Part shown: positions 34,834 through 45,136 of the stretch, in pieces
Numbering within the stretch: position 1 is the first letter of the stretch
How the letters are laid out: the number at the start of each line of letters is the position of its first letter
DNA from: Candidatus Saccharimonadales bacterium
Lineage (GTDB): Bacteria; Patescibacteriota; Saccharimonadia; Saccharimonadales; JBGSXW01
Assembly (NCBI GenBank): GCA_041751215.1
Contig: JBGSXW010000002.1
Location: 350,591 to 414,590 of the forward strand
Direction: 5' to 3'
DNA length: 64,000 nucleotides
Program-made: the position numbers and the translations under genes
Notes under the pieces: model-generated
Told to the model about the DNA's origin: nothing
Databases searched by the model: none
What the model saw: only the letters and a program-made list of their open reading frames with translations

Positions 34834-36145
34834 TTAGGTCTCCGTTTTTAGACATGGTCTTACCATACTTCATAACCTTTAGAATACGCTTGCCGGTATC
34901 AACAGAGTCGCCCTGAGCGTGGCGAGACATGATCAGCATTTTGTCATCACCTCTTAGTGCTTGCAGTGAAAAGGCGTCTTTTACAAACTCAACCTTGTTG
35001 CCAACTTGGCGATAAACTCCAGGCTTGATGTGATGTTTCATAACTAGTGGCTCTTCGAGCGGATTACTCATAACTAATAGCGATGCCTGTTTTTTGTAGC
35101 GCCCGGTGCTAGGAAGAGCGGTTACGTCTGTGACGTCATAATCAAAATTTCCTAGCTCTAATGCGTGTAGTAGCATGAACGGGATTTTGCCGTTTTGCAT
35201 TTGTAGATCGCTAATAACATGCGAGTAACCGGTTAAGCGAGCGTTGATCTCAATGACATAAACTTCGTTGTCAGGAGTAATAATAAAGTCGACACCAAAG
35301 ATGCCTTTGTATCCGTGGCTCGCCAACTCAGAACCAATGATCGAAGCAACTTCTTGAGTTTGGTGGTGAACAATGTCTGGATACTCGACTCCAACTTCAC
35401 CGCCGCACCATTTGCTTTGATCGTCGAGCTTGCTGTTGCAAAGCCAGGCGCTGTTCATTAGCTGGCGTTGGATTCCACCGTTAAAAATTCCGTGCTTAGT
35501 AATACAAACCTGAATGCTGGTGGATTCGCCCGGGATATACTTAGAAACTACGATGTTGCGTCCACGGGAGTACTTTTTTAGAGCTCGGATTGCTTCTAGG
35601 TAATCGTCTGAATTTTCGATTCTATATGTGCCCTTTGAGCCCGAGGAGTCTTCGTCCTGCAGCATAAACCAACCATACTTTTCCTTGAGTTCTTTATAGG
35701 CGGCTGCTCGATCCAGCTCACTCATGTACATAATTTCGTACTCGGGCATCCTAATTAGATCGGCAAACTCATCACGGAAATAGCGCTTGTTTTCGTAAGC
35801 GTGGGCAATGGTTGGTGAATTCATTAAGTACGCTAACGGGTTGATCTTATAGGGTGGGTCGATTGGCGCATACATTACAAACTTGCGCTTAGAGTCTTGC
35901 TTGAACTTCTCCATGAATTGCTTGGAGCTTAGAACTTTAGGCAAGTTGTTGCCATACTGCTTTGTGCGGCCCAACCATGCCAAAGAGCCCTTGAGCGGAA
36001 GCTCGGTAAGCCAGTCTTGTTTTACTTCGGTGATAATCTTAAAGTCATCAAATAGATTATCAAAAATCAGATAATTATAAGGATCAGAACTAACCACACC
36101 AAGTGGCAGAGAACGCTTGTAATCAATTGCCTTTTGCCAAGTCAT
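34778..36145 (-). CDS. ATP-grasp domain ligase (substrate unknown)
   Basis: GYKGIFGVDFIITPDNEVYVIEINARLTG ATP-grasp C-terminal motif. Confidence 0.75.
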   Translation of the reverse strand: MTWQKAIDYKRSLPLGVVSSDPYNYLIFDNLFDDFKIITEVKQDWLTELPLKGSLAWLGRTKQYGNNLPKVLSSKQFMEKFKQDSKRKFVMYAPIDPPYKINPLAYLMNSPTIAHAYENKRYFRDEFADLIRMPEYEIMYMSELDRAAAYKELKEKYGWFMLQDEDSSGSKGTYRIENSDDYLEAIRALKKYSRGRNIVVSKYIPGESTSIQVCITKHGIFNGGIQRQLMNSAWLCNSKLDDQSKWCGGEVGVEYPDIVHHQTQEVASIIGSELASHGYKGIFGVDFIITPDNEVYVIEINARLTGYSHVISDLQMQNGKIPFMLLHALELGNFDYDVTDVTALPSTGRYKKQASLLVMSNPLEEPLVMKHHIKPGVYRQVGNKVEFVKDAFSLQALRGDDKMLIMSRHAQGDSVDTGKRILKVMKYGKTMSKNGDLNAKGRDTIAAIKNTFDLP

Positions 36146-36314
36146 ACTGATCCTTTCTAGTCTTAATTATTACATCTGTTCGGATTCGATGTACTGTACC
36201 ATAAAACACTAGTTTTATCAATACCTAAGTTGCAGCTGTCCACGGCTTCTGTCGCCATTTGTATCATACGACCTGAACTTCAAATCAGCAAAGCGCTTAT
36301 GCTAACTAATTAAA

Positions 36315-36905
36315 CTAACTACTAAGAACGGCTTCTATCACCACTCGCCCATCGGCTGCACCACCTAAAGTACAGGTGTATAGAGTCATTTTAGCCTCCT
36401 GTGACGGATCTTCTATTTCCACTGCATCTGGCTTGACGGTGTACTTATCAACCACCTTATACTGAAACCACTCGCCCTCGTAAAAGACTTTTATTTGATC
36501 GTTAACCTCAACTTCTTCGAGTCGATAAAACGGCGATTTAGCTAAAGTTCTACTAGGAGTTAGCCCTAAGTAGAATCGATGAGCGCTAAGAATAAAGTTG
36601 CCACCTTTAATTGGATTACCTCGTTCTGGATAGCGCCACCACGCTCCTTTATCTAGCTGCTCCTCACCACCAGCCCCATACGTCACCTCTAGGTTGATCT
36701 TTTCTATCTGAATTCGGTTACGAAGATCTGTAGCATCATTGCTGGTGTTGAGCGTGTTTGGGGTTCTAATAATAAACGAGGCCTGCGGCGACAATACTAA
36801 TATCAATAAATACGCACCGCTAGCCAGCATCAGCGCACCGATTGATAGCAATATTCTCCGCCTAAGGCTAGCCTTGTTTGAATTCTTACGCTTTTTAAAC
36901 CCCAT
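36315..36905 (-). CDS. sortase family transpeptidase
   Basis: N-terminal anchor, ILSAHR (His), TLYTC (catalytic Cys) and a downstream conserved Arg. Confidence 0.8.
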   Translation of the reverse strand: MGFKKRKNSNKASLRRRILLSIGALMLASGAYLLILVLSPQASFIIRTPNTLNTSNDATDLRNRIQIEKINLEVTYGAGGEEQLDKGAWWRYPERGNPIKGGNFILSAHRFYLGLTPSRTLAKSPFYRLEEVEVNDQIKVFYEGEWFQYKVVDKYTVKPDAVEIEDPSQEAKMTLYTCTLGGAADGRVVIEAVLSS

Positions 36906-36950
36906 GTCTGTATTGATTCTACTAGATCCGGCACCCTAAAGCTTTAGTGC

Positions 36951-37697
36951 TTAGTTAATAAGGAGATTGATGGCCAAGAGTGCGCTTGTAATCGCAAACA
37001 GGTTAATCACAAATTTGTTGCCTTTTTTGACTGCAATATGCGCTCCGATGTAACCACCGATCAGTGACGTCACAAAACTAACGACTGCAAAATCGTAATC
37101 AATCAAGCCGGCGATAATCAGAACCAACAAACTCACTACTGCTACTGTTAGCTGCATAAATCGCCTGGTGGCGTTAGCGGTAATAGCCGTCATGCCAAAA
37201 CAACCCATCATGACAACTAGCTGCAAGCTGCCGATCCCCGCACTCAGAGCAGCTTGGAGTAAAACGCTAAGAGTTAACAGAACAAAACCAATAATTTCTA
37301 GGTAGCGAGGCTGCTTTTTTGTTTCTAGTCCGAGGTTTCTTAAATAAAGCAGCGGTATTCCAACCGCTAGAATAATTATGCCCATCAAGTTTTCTAGCAA
37401 CTCAGTTTGCGTGCTAATCTGCGTAAGAATTAAGCTGCCTGCCAGTGCCCCAGCCGCCGCAAAGATCGAAAAAATTACGACGGTTCGTTTATCAGTTGCG
37501 TTTTCCTTGTAAAATCTGGCGCTCGTACCCATTGATATGCCGAGGCCGCCGAACTTTGCGGTTGCAATGGCCGTAGCTGGCGAAAGTCCAAGAAACACCA
37601 TAAAAGGAGTAGAAATAAGACCGCCGCCACCTCCGGTAACTCCGCTAAGTGCAGAGGCCAAAAGATTCACAACTGCAAACAAGACCAAGTTTTCCAT
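36951..37697 (-). CDS. TauE/SafE family anion exporter
   Basis: Eight-TM glycine-rich protein of typical size and pattern. Confidence 0.65.
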   Translation of the reverse strand: MENLVLFAVVNLLASALSGVTGGGGGLISTPFMVFLGLSPATAIATAKFGGLGISMGTSARFYKENATDKRTVVIFSIFAAAGALAGSLILTQISTQTELLENLMGIIILAVGIPLLYLRNLGLETKKQPRYLEIIGFVLLTLSVLLQAALSAGIGSLQLVVMMGCFGMTAITANATRRFMQLTVAVVSLLVLIIAGLIDYDFAVVSFVTSLIGGYIGAHIAVKKGNKFVINLFAITSALLAINLLIN

Positions 37698-37745
37698 TTT
37701 TGTCTCTGCCTTAAGTACTTTTAGCTTATCACGCTAAAACTTGAG

Positions 37746-38840
37746 CTACCAACGTTTGGTCTTGGCTTTTTGCAACTTCTCGAGCAAGGCTTTTTGCTCT
37801 TTGGATAGCTTTTTCGGGACTTCAACTTTAATCTGAACAATGTGATCTCCGCGACCACGTCCATTAAGATGCGGTACGCCTAAGTCTCGTAGTCTGAAGT
37901 CGGTGCCAGGCTGAGTGCCAGCCGGGATCTTGAGAGTTTTAGGGCCCTCGACGGTCTCGACCTTAATTTGAGTACCTAACGCAGCGTCAATCATAGAGAT
38001 AGTCTCGGTTGAAAGAATTAAATCACCCTCGCGGGTAAAGTGCTTGTGGGCTTTGACGTTCACGACAACGTAAAGATCGCCCTGTTCGCCGTCGGCTAGG
38101 GCTTCGCCCTTGGCACGAATGCGAATAGTCGCACCGTCGCTAATGCCAGCTGGGATCTTAACCTTAACTTCTTGGCGCTGACGAGTTACACCTTTGCCGT
38201 TACAAACCGTGCAAGCTTTTTCGGGAATTTTGCCCTTGCCTTTACAGGCTGGGCAACGAGCTGCTTGCTGAATATTTCCAAAGACCGTGCGATGAACTTG
38301 AGTCACCTGCCCGCTTCCACTACAGGTTGCACAGGTCTTGAGCTCGTGTCCTGGTTCGGCCGTAGTGCCTTTACAGTGCGTGCATTTTGCATCGAGGTTC
38401 AGACCAAGCTTTTGCTCAATACCAAAGATGGCCTCTTCAAAAGTTAACGTGACTTCAGTTTGTACGTCGCGCCCGCGCTGCGGCCCGCGTTGTCGGGCTG
38501 AACCACCAAAGAAGCTAGAAAAAACATCACCAAAGTCAAAGTCGACGTTCTGTCCGCCAAAAATATCTTCGTAGTTGAAGCCGCCGGCTCCTCCAGGTCC
38601 ACCACCACTGGCTGCGCTTGTTCCAACTCCGGCGTGACCAAACTGATCGTAGCGCTGACGCTTGGTGGTGTCTTTTAAAACCTCGTAGGCTTCGTTGATT
38701 TCTTTGAACTTGGCCTCATCGCCCCCCTCTTTGTCTGGATGGTGCTTGACCGCAAGTTTACGAAAAGCCTTCTTGATCTCGTCCTCAGAGGCCGATTTAG
38801 GAATTCCTAGAACTTCGTAGTAATCTCGTTTTTCAGCCAT
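37746..38840 (-). CDS. dnaJ: chaperone DnaJ
   Basis: J domain (HPD), G/F region and four CxxCxGxG zinc motifs. Confidence 0.97.
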   Translation of the reverse strand: MAEKRDYYEVLGIPKSASEDEIKKAFRKLAVKHHPDKEGGDEAKFKEINEAYEVLKDTTKRQRYDQFGHAGVGTSAASGGGPGGAGGFNYEDIFGGQNVDFDFGDVFSSFFGGSARQRGPQRGRDVQTEVTLTFEEAIFGIEQKLGLNLDAKCTHCKGTTAEPGHELKTCATCSGSGQVTQVHRTVFGNIQQAARCPACKGKGKIPEKACTVCNGKGVTRQRQEVKVKIPAGISDGATIRIRAKGEALADGEQGDLYVVVNVKAHKHFTREGDLILSTETISMIDAALGTQIKVETVEGPKTLKIPAGTQPGTDFRLRDLGVPHLNGRGRGDHIVQIKVEVPKKLSKEQKALLEKLQKAKTKRW

Positions 38841-39487
38841 TATTTGCTCGAGCTCAAAGCTACTTTAATTCCTAGAGCAATCAACACTACTCCGAAGACG
38901 TGCTCGAAGTGATGTTTCACTCGACTAAATACACTGTTTACGTGACGCTGGGTAAGCACTACGGAAACAAAGGCGAACCACGCAAAAGTCGCGATAGACA
39001 TTTCTAATCCATACAAAACTTTTATACCGATTGCTGTGTCTGGATTAATTACCTGCGTAAACAACGCGAGGAAGAACAAAGTAGCTTTAGGGTTTAATGC
39101 GTTAGTAAGAAAACCAACCTGAATTGCCTTAGCAGTGCTGAGATCTTTCTTGGCTGGTTCGTTGTTAAACTCTGACTTCAGCTCTGCCTCGATCTCTTTT
39201 TTTGACTCTCGCTTTGATAGCAAGGACTTAACGCCGATGTAAATTAGATAAGCTGCCCCTAAAAATTTGATCGCATTAAACAACATGACTGACTGAGAAA
39301 TAATCAGTCCAATACCGAGCAAACTATAAGTTACATGGAGCAGTATGCCCAAACCGAGGCCAACAGCAGCAAGTAGGCCGGTTCGGCGCGAATACACCAA
39401 CGAGTTGCGCACAACCATAGCAAAGTCGGGACCAGGGCTCATAACAGCTAGCAAGTGAATGCCAGCTACCAATAAAAACTCGTTCAT
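38840..39487 (-). CDS. LysE/RhtB family amino-acid exporter
   Basis: N-terminal ...[12 protein letters not shown]... motif and six TM helices. Confidence 0.78.
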   Translation of the reverse strand: MNEFLLVAGIHLLAVMSPGPDFAMVVRNSLVYSRRTGLLAAVGLGLGILLHVTYSLLGIGLIISQSVMLFNAIKFLGAAYLIYIGVKSLLSKRESKKEIEAELKSEFNNEPAKKDLSTAKAIQVGFLTNALNPKATLFFLALFTQVINPDTAIGIKVLYGLEMSIATFAWFAFVSVVLTQRHVNSVFSRVKHHFEHVFGVVLIALGIKVALSSSK

Positions 39488-39533
39488 ATCTTTGCCTCTC
39501 CTTTTTTTGCTGCTAAGCTGCTACGCTTCTGGC

Positions 39534-40346
39534 TCATTGCTTTATTCCTTCAACAACAGTTTCCATGTCATCCAGTGCGACACGGCTGGTGGCAATGCAA
39601 ACTCCGTGAATACAGAGTTCGGCTGCTAGATCGTCGAATACAGGTAGCAGCTCCTTCTGGTCTTGCATGGCTCTGTATTCTTCCGGAGTTACCCAACGCA
39701 TATCACTGTAGTCTCTAGTTTGGGTTGGAAACAAGTCTTTTTGAGACGGATCTACTTTAAGCAATACATTCAGCATCGCTACTTTTTCGATAATGTCTCG
39801 ACCATCTTCTGTAACCCCGGCCCGACTATCGCCGAGCGTCAGCGAGTGTATCGCGTAATTATACTTAAGAGCTGTGTGCCAGCCATAGCCCGGCGGGATC
39901 CCTAGTTTAGCTTCAAGCAATCCGTCGATGTCCATTTGTCCTAGTCGAGACTTGTTGTAGTGATCGTGACCAGGCCATCGCCACCCACCCTGGTATATCT
40001 CAAACAGGTGAGAGTTCGCGGTTTGTTCCAAGAGTTTAGGTCGCGAAGCTATTTCCACAAACCCTTCTGGATCAATGCGCTTGGTAGGTGTGCTGACAAC
40101 ATTTGGGTGAATGACATTGGATCGCGGATCGCGCACCCCGACCAAAATTTCATTAACACCGTCCCTGTCGGCAGTGAATACGGTCAACGCTAGGACTGGA
40201 GCATAGTGTTGCTCCCCGGTAAATAGCTCTGCGTACTCTTGAGTCCTGTCTCTGTCGATGTCGCCGACTTCAAGCGTTGGCAAGCTATGGTCCGAGCCTT
40301 CTACAACAAACTGCGGGCCCTCTAATTCTGTAGCGACAGCAGTCAC
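39534..40346 (-). CDS. hypothetical protein (270 aa) inside the chaperone operon
   Basis: A long ORF with a 4-nt overlap to the upstream ORF. Confidence 0.5.
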   Translation of the reverse strand: MTAVATELEGPQFVVEGSDHSLPTLEVGDIDRDRTQEYAELFTGEQHYAPVLALTVFTADRDGVNEILVGVRDPRSNVIHPNVVSTPTKRIDPEGFVEIASRPKLLEQTANSHLFEIYQGGWRWPGHDHYNKSRLGQMDIDGLLEAKLGIPPGYGWHTALKYNYAIHSLTLGDSRAGVTEDGRDIIEKVAMLNVLLKVDPSQKDLFPTQTRDYSDMRWVTPEEYRAMQDQKELLPVFDDLAAELCIHGVCIATSRVALDDMETVVEGIKQ

Positions 40347-40681
40347 GATGCTAAGCCTCCGGTTTCTGTTGGGTAGTCTGCTATTTGGCCGTCCTGATCT
40401 GGAAGCTGCAAGATAACTCCATTTATGTCATCGGTGTTAAATCTAAGCAGCTGCGCTACCAAACCGTCTGGGTCGTCTTGTTTATTGACTTCACCAACAA
40501 ACAATATGCCCTGTTCATACTCAAAGTCTGTTAGCTCGCCTGCTAGATACGCCAAGTCAACCCGTGCCTCTAAGTCAGCGACAGTCTCTGGGAAGTCATC
40601 CGAAAACAACGGTATGTGAAGAACGTCCATTCCTAATACACAATCATCAACCAGTTGTAGCTCTTCTTGTGAATCAGGCAT
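40343..40681 (-). CDS. hypothetical acidic protein (112 aa)
   Basis: The ORF lies 8 nt downstream of dnaK and is coupled to the next ORF. Confidence 0.45.
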   Translation of the reverse strand: MPDSQEELQLVDDCVLGMDVLHIPLFSDDFPETVADLEARVDLAYLAGELTDFEYEQGILFVGEVNKQDDPDGLVAQLLRFNTDDINGVILQLPDQDGQIADYPTETGGLAS

Positions 40682-40689
40682 CGTAGACC

Positions 40690-42594
40690 TTATTTCTTCT
40701 TTTCCTCGGTCTCTGGCGGATCAACGATTTCGCCTTCAACCGGTTCATCCTTTTTGTCGCCGTCTTTAGCTTCTTCTTCGGCTTTGGCAGCCTCTTCGTA
40801 AAGCTTGGTGGCGATTGGCTGGATCTTCTCGTTCATTTCGCTTAGAGCTTTTTCGATCTCTTCTTTGTCATCTGAGCTCTCGTGCTTTTTAGCTTCGGCT
40901 ATAGCGTCTTCCATAGCTTTCTTGTCTTCTTCAGCTAGCTTGTCGCCAGCTTCTTTAAGCGACTTTTCGGCTGAGTAGATACTGGTAGAAAGTGTGTTCT
41001 TCATTTCTACAACTTCACGCTTTTTCTTGTCTTCGTCGGCGTGGGCTTCAGCCTCTTTTTGAGCTTTTTCGATATCCTCTTTACTCAAGTTGCCCGAGTC
41101 TTTGATGGTGATCGACTGCTCTTTGCCAGTGCCTTTGTCTTTAGCGGTAACATTTAAAATACCGTTGGCATCGATGTTAAAGGTAACTTCAACTTGTGGC
41201 ACACCGCGCGGAGCTGGTGCAATACCATCAAGCACAAAGCGTCCGAGAGTTTTGTTGTCATTAGCCATTTCGCGCTCACCTTGCAGAACATGGATTTCAA
41301 CTTGTGGCTGATTATCGGCCGCGGTTGAGAATACTTCGCTCTTGCTGGTTGGCACCGTAGTGTTGCGCTCAATCAGCTTGGTCATGACGCCGCCCATGGT
41401 TTCGACACCAAGAGACAGGGGAGTAACATCGAGTAACAGAACGTCTTTGACGTCTCCGGCTAGCACACCAGCTTGAATAGCAGCACCGATCGCTACTACT
41501 TCGTCGGGGTTTACACCTTGCAGCGGATCTTTACCAAATATTTTCTTAACGCTCTCGACAACTGCTGGCATTCGGGTCATACCACCAACTAAGATCACCT
41601 CATCGATGTCTTTTGGCTCTAACTTTGCGTCCTTAAGTGCAGCACGAACCGGAGCTTCGGTTTTAGCAACCAGATCCGCAACCAATGATTCAAGCGTAGC
41701 TCGGCTAAGTTTCATCTCGAAGTGCTTTGGACCATCGGCATCAGCGGTCAAGAACGGAAGATTGATGTCGGTTTCGTTGGTAGTCGAGAGTTCTTTCTTG
41801 GCTTTTTCGGCTTCTTCTTTAAGACGCTGCATGGCTGCTTTGTCGCCCTTAATGTCGGTGCCGTGTTCTTTCTTAAATTCTTCTAGCAGGTGGTTAACGA
41901 TTACCATGTCAAAGTCTTCGCCGCCGAGGTGAGTATCACCGTTGGTAGACTTAACTTCAAACACTCCGTCGCCAAGTTCCAGGATAGAGATATCAAACGT
42001 ACCGCCGCCGAGGTCAAAGACGGCAATATTTTCTTCGGTCTTAGCTTTTTTGTCTAAACCGTAAGCAAGGGCAGCCGCAGTTGGCTCGTTGATGATGCGT
42101 TTTACTTCAAGTCCGGCAATCTTACCGGCGTCTTTAGTCGCCTGACGCTGAGCGTCGTTAAAGTAGGCTGGAACCGTGATAACAGCTTCGGATACTTCTT
42201 GGCCCAAGAACTTTTCGGCGTCGGCTTTAAGCTTAGAAAGAATCATAGCTGAGACTTCCTCTGAGCTGTAGTCTTTGTCGCCCATCTTAACTTTTACGGC
42301 CGTGCCCGACTTAACAATCTCGTAAGGCATTAGCTCAAGATCTTTTTGAACTTCTTTATCGTTAAAGTTGCGGCCAATCAGTCGCTTAACGCCGAAGATA
42401 GTGTTTGTAGCGTTAGTGACCCGTTGGCGACTAGCCACCTGGCCAACTAAACGTTCGCTGTTTTTGTTAACCGCCACAACACTTGGCGTGGTTCGGTTGC
42501 CTTCTGAGTTGGCAATAATTTCTGGCTTGCCACCTTCCATCACAGCCATAGCTGAGTTGGTGGTGCCTAAGTCGATTCCGATGATTTTTCCCAT
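40690..42594 (-). CDS. dnaK: chaperone DnaK (Hsp70)
   Basis: [17 protein letters not shown] and canonical Hsp70 sequence throughout. Confidence 0.98.
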   Translation of the reverse strand: MGKIIGIDLGTTNSAMAVMEGGKPEIIANSEGNRTTPSVVAVNKNSERLVGQVASRQRVTNATNTIFGVKRLIGRNFNDKEVQKDLELMPYEIVKSGTAVKVKMGDKDYSSEEVSAMILSKLKADAEKFLGQEVSEAVITVPAYFNDAQRQATKDAGKIAGLEVKRIINEPTAAALAYGLDKKAKTEENIAVFDLGGGTFDISILELGDGVFEVKSTNGDTHLGGEDFDMVIVNHLLEEFKKEHGTDIKGDKAAMQRLKEEAEKAKKELSTTNETDINLPFLTADADGPKHFEMKLSRATLESLVADLVAKTEAPVRAALKDAKLEPKDIDEVILVGGMTRMPAVVESVKKIFGKDPLQGVNPDEVVAIGAAIQAGVLAGDVKDVLLLDVTPLSLGVETMGGVMTKLIERNTTVPTSKSEVFSTAADNQPQVEIHVLQGEREMANDNKTLGRFVLDGIAPAPRGVPQVEVTFNIDANGILNVTAKDKGTGKEQSITIKDSGNLSKEDIEKAQKEAEAHADEDKKKREVVEMKNTLSTSIYSAEKSLKEAGDKLAEEDKKAMEDAIAEAKKHESSDDKEEIEKALSEMNEKIQPIATKLYEEAAKAEEEAKDGDKKDEPVEGEIVDPPETEEKKK

Positions 42595-42607
42595 AATTTG
42601 TTCTCCT

Positions 42608-42790
42608 TTATTCGTTTGCGTAAAATTCTATATCTAGGCCGAGTTCCCCTGCAGCTGCCCATGCATCCTTCACGTGGTCTAGTGTTGCGGTTGGCGCTTT
42701 GGTGACATCGTCGGTGATGTGTTCCACGAGTTGGGCCGCTTCGTCTGGGGTTAGGCCGTCTCGCCAGCTGGCTTCAAATGTTTCGCTCAT
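42608..42790 (-). CDS. hypothetical small acidic protein (60 aa)
   Basis: An ORF with a 4-nt overlap to the upstream ORF. It ends 13 nt before dnaK. Confidence 0.35.
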   Translation of the reverse strand: MSETFEASWRDGLTPDEAAQLVEHITDDVTKAPTATLDHVKDAWAAAGELGLDIEFYANE

Positions 42791-43092
42791 GTCGTTGCTC
42801 CTTTCAAGTTGCCTGGTAGGCCAGCGAAGAGTTTCGCTTTGTTGTGTTCAGAGCTGAACTCAAGGCTAGAAATTAAAACCGGTATTGCAACCTCTCTGGT
42901 GCCAAAACGAGCCTCGGCATGAACGTCTAGTAAGGCTCCGGCAATTGCTAGCTTCTCAAGATCGCCCTCCTCGACTATTCCAGCTAGCGTATCGCCGGTT
43001 AGTTCGCCGGCTCTTGCAGTCTCAAACAGTTGCGCTAACTGCTCTTGATCAAATTCAGCACCTTCTCTAATTGGATCGTGGTCTATAGTCAT
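42787..43092 (-). CDS. hypothetical acidic protein (101 aa)
   Basis: An ORF whose start overlaps the grpE stop by 1 nt. Confidence 0.4.
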   Translation of the reverse strand: MTIDHDPIREGAEFDQEQLAQLFETARAGELTGDTLAGIVEEGDLEKLAIAGALLDVHAEARFGTREVAIPVLISSLEFSSEHNKAKLFAGLPGNLKGATT

Positions 43093-43556
43093 TATTTACT
43101 CCTTTTAACTTTAACTATTGCGTGTCTAATAACTTGCTCGCCTAATATGTAGCCGGCTTGCAATTCATCGGTGATTACTTCGCGGTCGCCGTCGCCATCT
43201 TCCATTTGTACAGCTTCGTGAAAGTTAGGGTCGAATTCTTCGCCGACAGTTACGATCCGCCTGACGTCTAGCTGCTCGAGTTGGCCGGTTACCTGCTTGG
43301 CTACTTGGCTAACCCCTTTGGCCCAATCGTTTCTTTCTAGTTCTTTGGGCATATGAGAAAGCGCGCGTTCTAAGTTGTCGATTACCGGGAGAATCTGAGT
43401 CAAAACCTCTTGCTTGGCAAAGGTTACAACCTGAGATCTTTCGTCTTCGATGCGCCGCTTGTAGTTAACGAAGTCAGCCTGAAGACGCTGCAAATCTTCG
43501 GTTAAAGCTGCTAGCTCATCTGGTTTCTTAGCTTTGGACTGTTTTTTTTCACTCAC
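43092..43556 (-). CDS. grpE: nucleotide exchange factor GrpE
   Basis: Coiled-coil N-terminus, ADFVNYKRR motif and a C-terminal beta domain. Confidence 0.92.
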   Translation of the reverse strand: MSEKKQSKAKKPDELAALTEDLQRLQADFVNYKRRIEDERSQVVTFAKQEVLTQILPVIDNLERALSHMPKELERNDWAKGVSQVAKQVTGQLEQLDVRRIVTVGEEFDPNFHEAVQMEDGDGDREVITDELQAGYILGEQVIRHAIVKVKRSK

Positions 43557-43568
43557 TGCTTTGTTCTC

Positions 43569-44282
43569 CTATAAAACTGCTTCTAATTGTCGTCCGGCTT
43601 GTCGAACTAGATTCATAACTTCTCGGTAGTTTTGCCGCGTTGGACCGAGCACGCCGATGTAGCTTCGGTCGCTGTAAGGCGAGCTAAACCGAGCAATTAT
43701 CAGCGAACAGCCACTGGCTTTGCCGATTGGGTTTTCGCGGCCAATATAAACGCTGAGTGGTTCACTTGGGGCTGCTTCTTGTAGCCAAGGCTCAAGATTA
43801 TCAAGCAAACTTGCTACTTCTTGAACTGTGTCTCCGCGCAAAAATTCTGGCTGACCAAAGAGGTTTGTAAGTCCGCTGATATAAAGTTGATCGCCAATCG
43901 TAGCTAACCCAAGATTGTGCGTGAGCTCAACTAGTGAATCGACGGCGCTCTTTATTGCAAATCCAGAACCTCCGGCGCTTTGAACTCTCGTTTCCATCGC
44001 TCTTGTGCTGCGAGGAAGTTGTCCAACCCGTGACTCTTGCTCGCCTAGGCTGTTTACGTAGAACCGATAGCCTTTGTCGCTTGGCACCCTACCAGCAGAA
44101 GTGTGTGGCTGTTTGATGTAGCCTAACTGTTCTAAGATAGCCATTTCGTTGCGAATGGTAGCTGGTGAAACGTTAAAGAGCCTCGCAAGTGTCACTGAAC
44201 CAACCGGACTGGCTACTTCGGCGTATTGCTCTACGATTGAGCATAAAATGCTGGCTTGTCGACTCGTAATGTTGTTGGTCAT
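43569..44282 (-). CDS. hrcA: heat-inducible repressor HrcA (short form)
   Basis: N-terminal winged helix ([13 protein letters not shown]...VGS.TLA) and operon position. The start was moved to ATG 44282 so that the CIRCE element lies upstream. Confidence 0.8.
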   Translation of the reverse strand: MTNNITSRQASILCSIVEQYAEVASPVGSVTLARLFNVSPATIRNEMAILEQLGYIKQPHTSAGRVPSDKGYRFYVNSLGEQESRVGQLPRSTRAMETRVQSAGGSGFAIKSAVDSLVELTHNLGLATIGDQLYISGLTNLFGQPEFLRGDTVQEVASLLDNLEPWLQEAAPSEPLSVYIGRENPIGKASGCSLIIARFSSPYSDRSYIGVLGPTRQNYREVMNLVRQAGRQLEAVL

Positions 44283-44320
44283 GCTTATCACTCGCGTGTT
44301 TGTACTGCTAATTATAGCAG

Positions 44321-44347
44321 TTAGCACTCACGGGTCAAGAGTGCTAA
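44321..44347. promoter_or_regulatory. CIRCE operator (HrcA binding site)
   Basis: TTAGCACTC-ACGGGTCAA-GAGTGCTAA, a perfect match to the consensus TTAGCACTC-N9-GAGTGCTAA, 39 nt upstream of hrcA. Confidence 0.92.
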
Positions 44348-44375
44348 TCAGAGTTTTAGTTGAGTTTGCTTGGGG

Positions 44376-45134
44376 CTAGTGGCTCTCTAGGTAGTCGTTA
44401 AGGTCTTCGAGCAATTGTTCTGTGGTTTCTTGAGCGATCTTAACTTCGGTCAGATCCCTCGCACCTCTTAAAATATAGTCGTCAATGGCATTTACGCACT
44501 TTTTAATGTCGTCGTTAACCATCAATGTAAAGTATTGATGTGTTAAGCCAAACTCAAGAATGGCCTGAGCGGATTTTAGTCGCCTAGTTTTCTCAATTGG
44601 ACTCATTTTTCCGCGCTTTTCCATTCTTTTCATCCAGGTGTCAAAAGTTGGAGGCACCAGCAGAATTACTAACGAATCGTATTTAACCTCGTGGATAAAC
44701 TTTGCGCCGAGCAGATCCATGTCAGTAATTGCAATTTTGTTCTCATCTGCAGCTTTTTTGAGTTCATTTAAGCTAACTCCAGAAACTTGTTGCTGATGAA
44801 TAATTTCGGCTTCTAAAAAGTCTCCTCGCTTAAGCTCCTCCAAAACTTCTTTCTCGGTACGAAAATTATACTCAACACCGTCTTGCTCGAGGACGCCGTC
44901 GTTAACCCGTGGCTTGCGAGTAGTATCAGAAATAATAAATCGATAATGACCAGTTTTAATTAACTGCTTTATTACCGTATTGCGGCCACTCGATGATGGC
45001 GCCAACAGCGCTACGAACTTTAGTTTTTTAAGTAATTTTTGGCCCTCGTCGCTAATCTTGTAATTGCCAATTACTTCTTCAAACTCTTGCTTATAAACTA
45101 GTTCGTTGTCACTCATGTCCTTATATACTATCAA
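44376..45134 (-). CDS. guanylate-kinase-like P-loop kinase
   Basis: A degenerate P-loop (APSSSGRNT) plus SDTTRKPR...DGVEYNF...F(L)E matches the guanylate kinase core pattern. Confidence 0.5.
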   Translation of the reverse strand: MIVYKDMSDNELVYKQEFEEVIGNYKISDEGQKLLKKLKFVALLAPSSSGRNTVIKQLIKTGHYRFIISDTTRKPRVNDGVLEQDGVEYNFRTEKEVLEELKRGDFLEAEIIHQQQVSGVSLNELKKAADENKIAITDMDLLGAKFIHEVKYDSLVILLVPPTFDTWMKRMEKRGKMSPIEKTRRLKSAQAILEFGLTHQYFTLMVNDDIKKCVNAIDDYILRGARDLTEVKIAQETTEQLLEDLNDYLESH

Positions 45135-45136
45135 CT

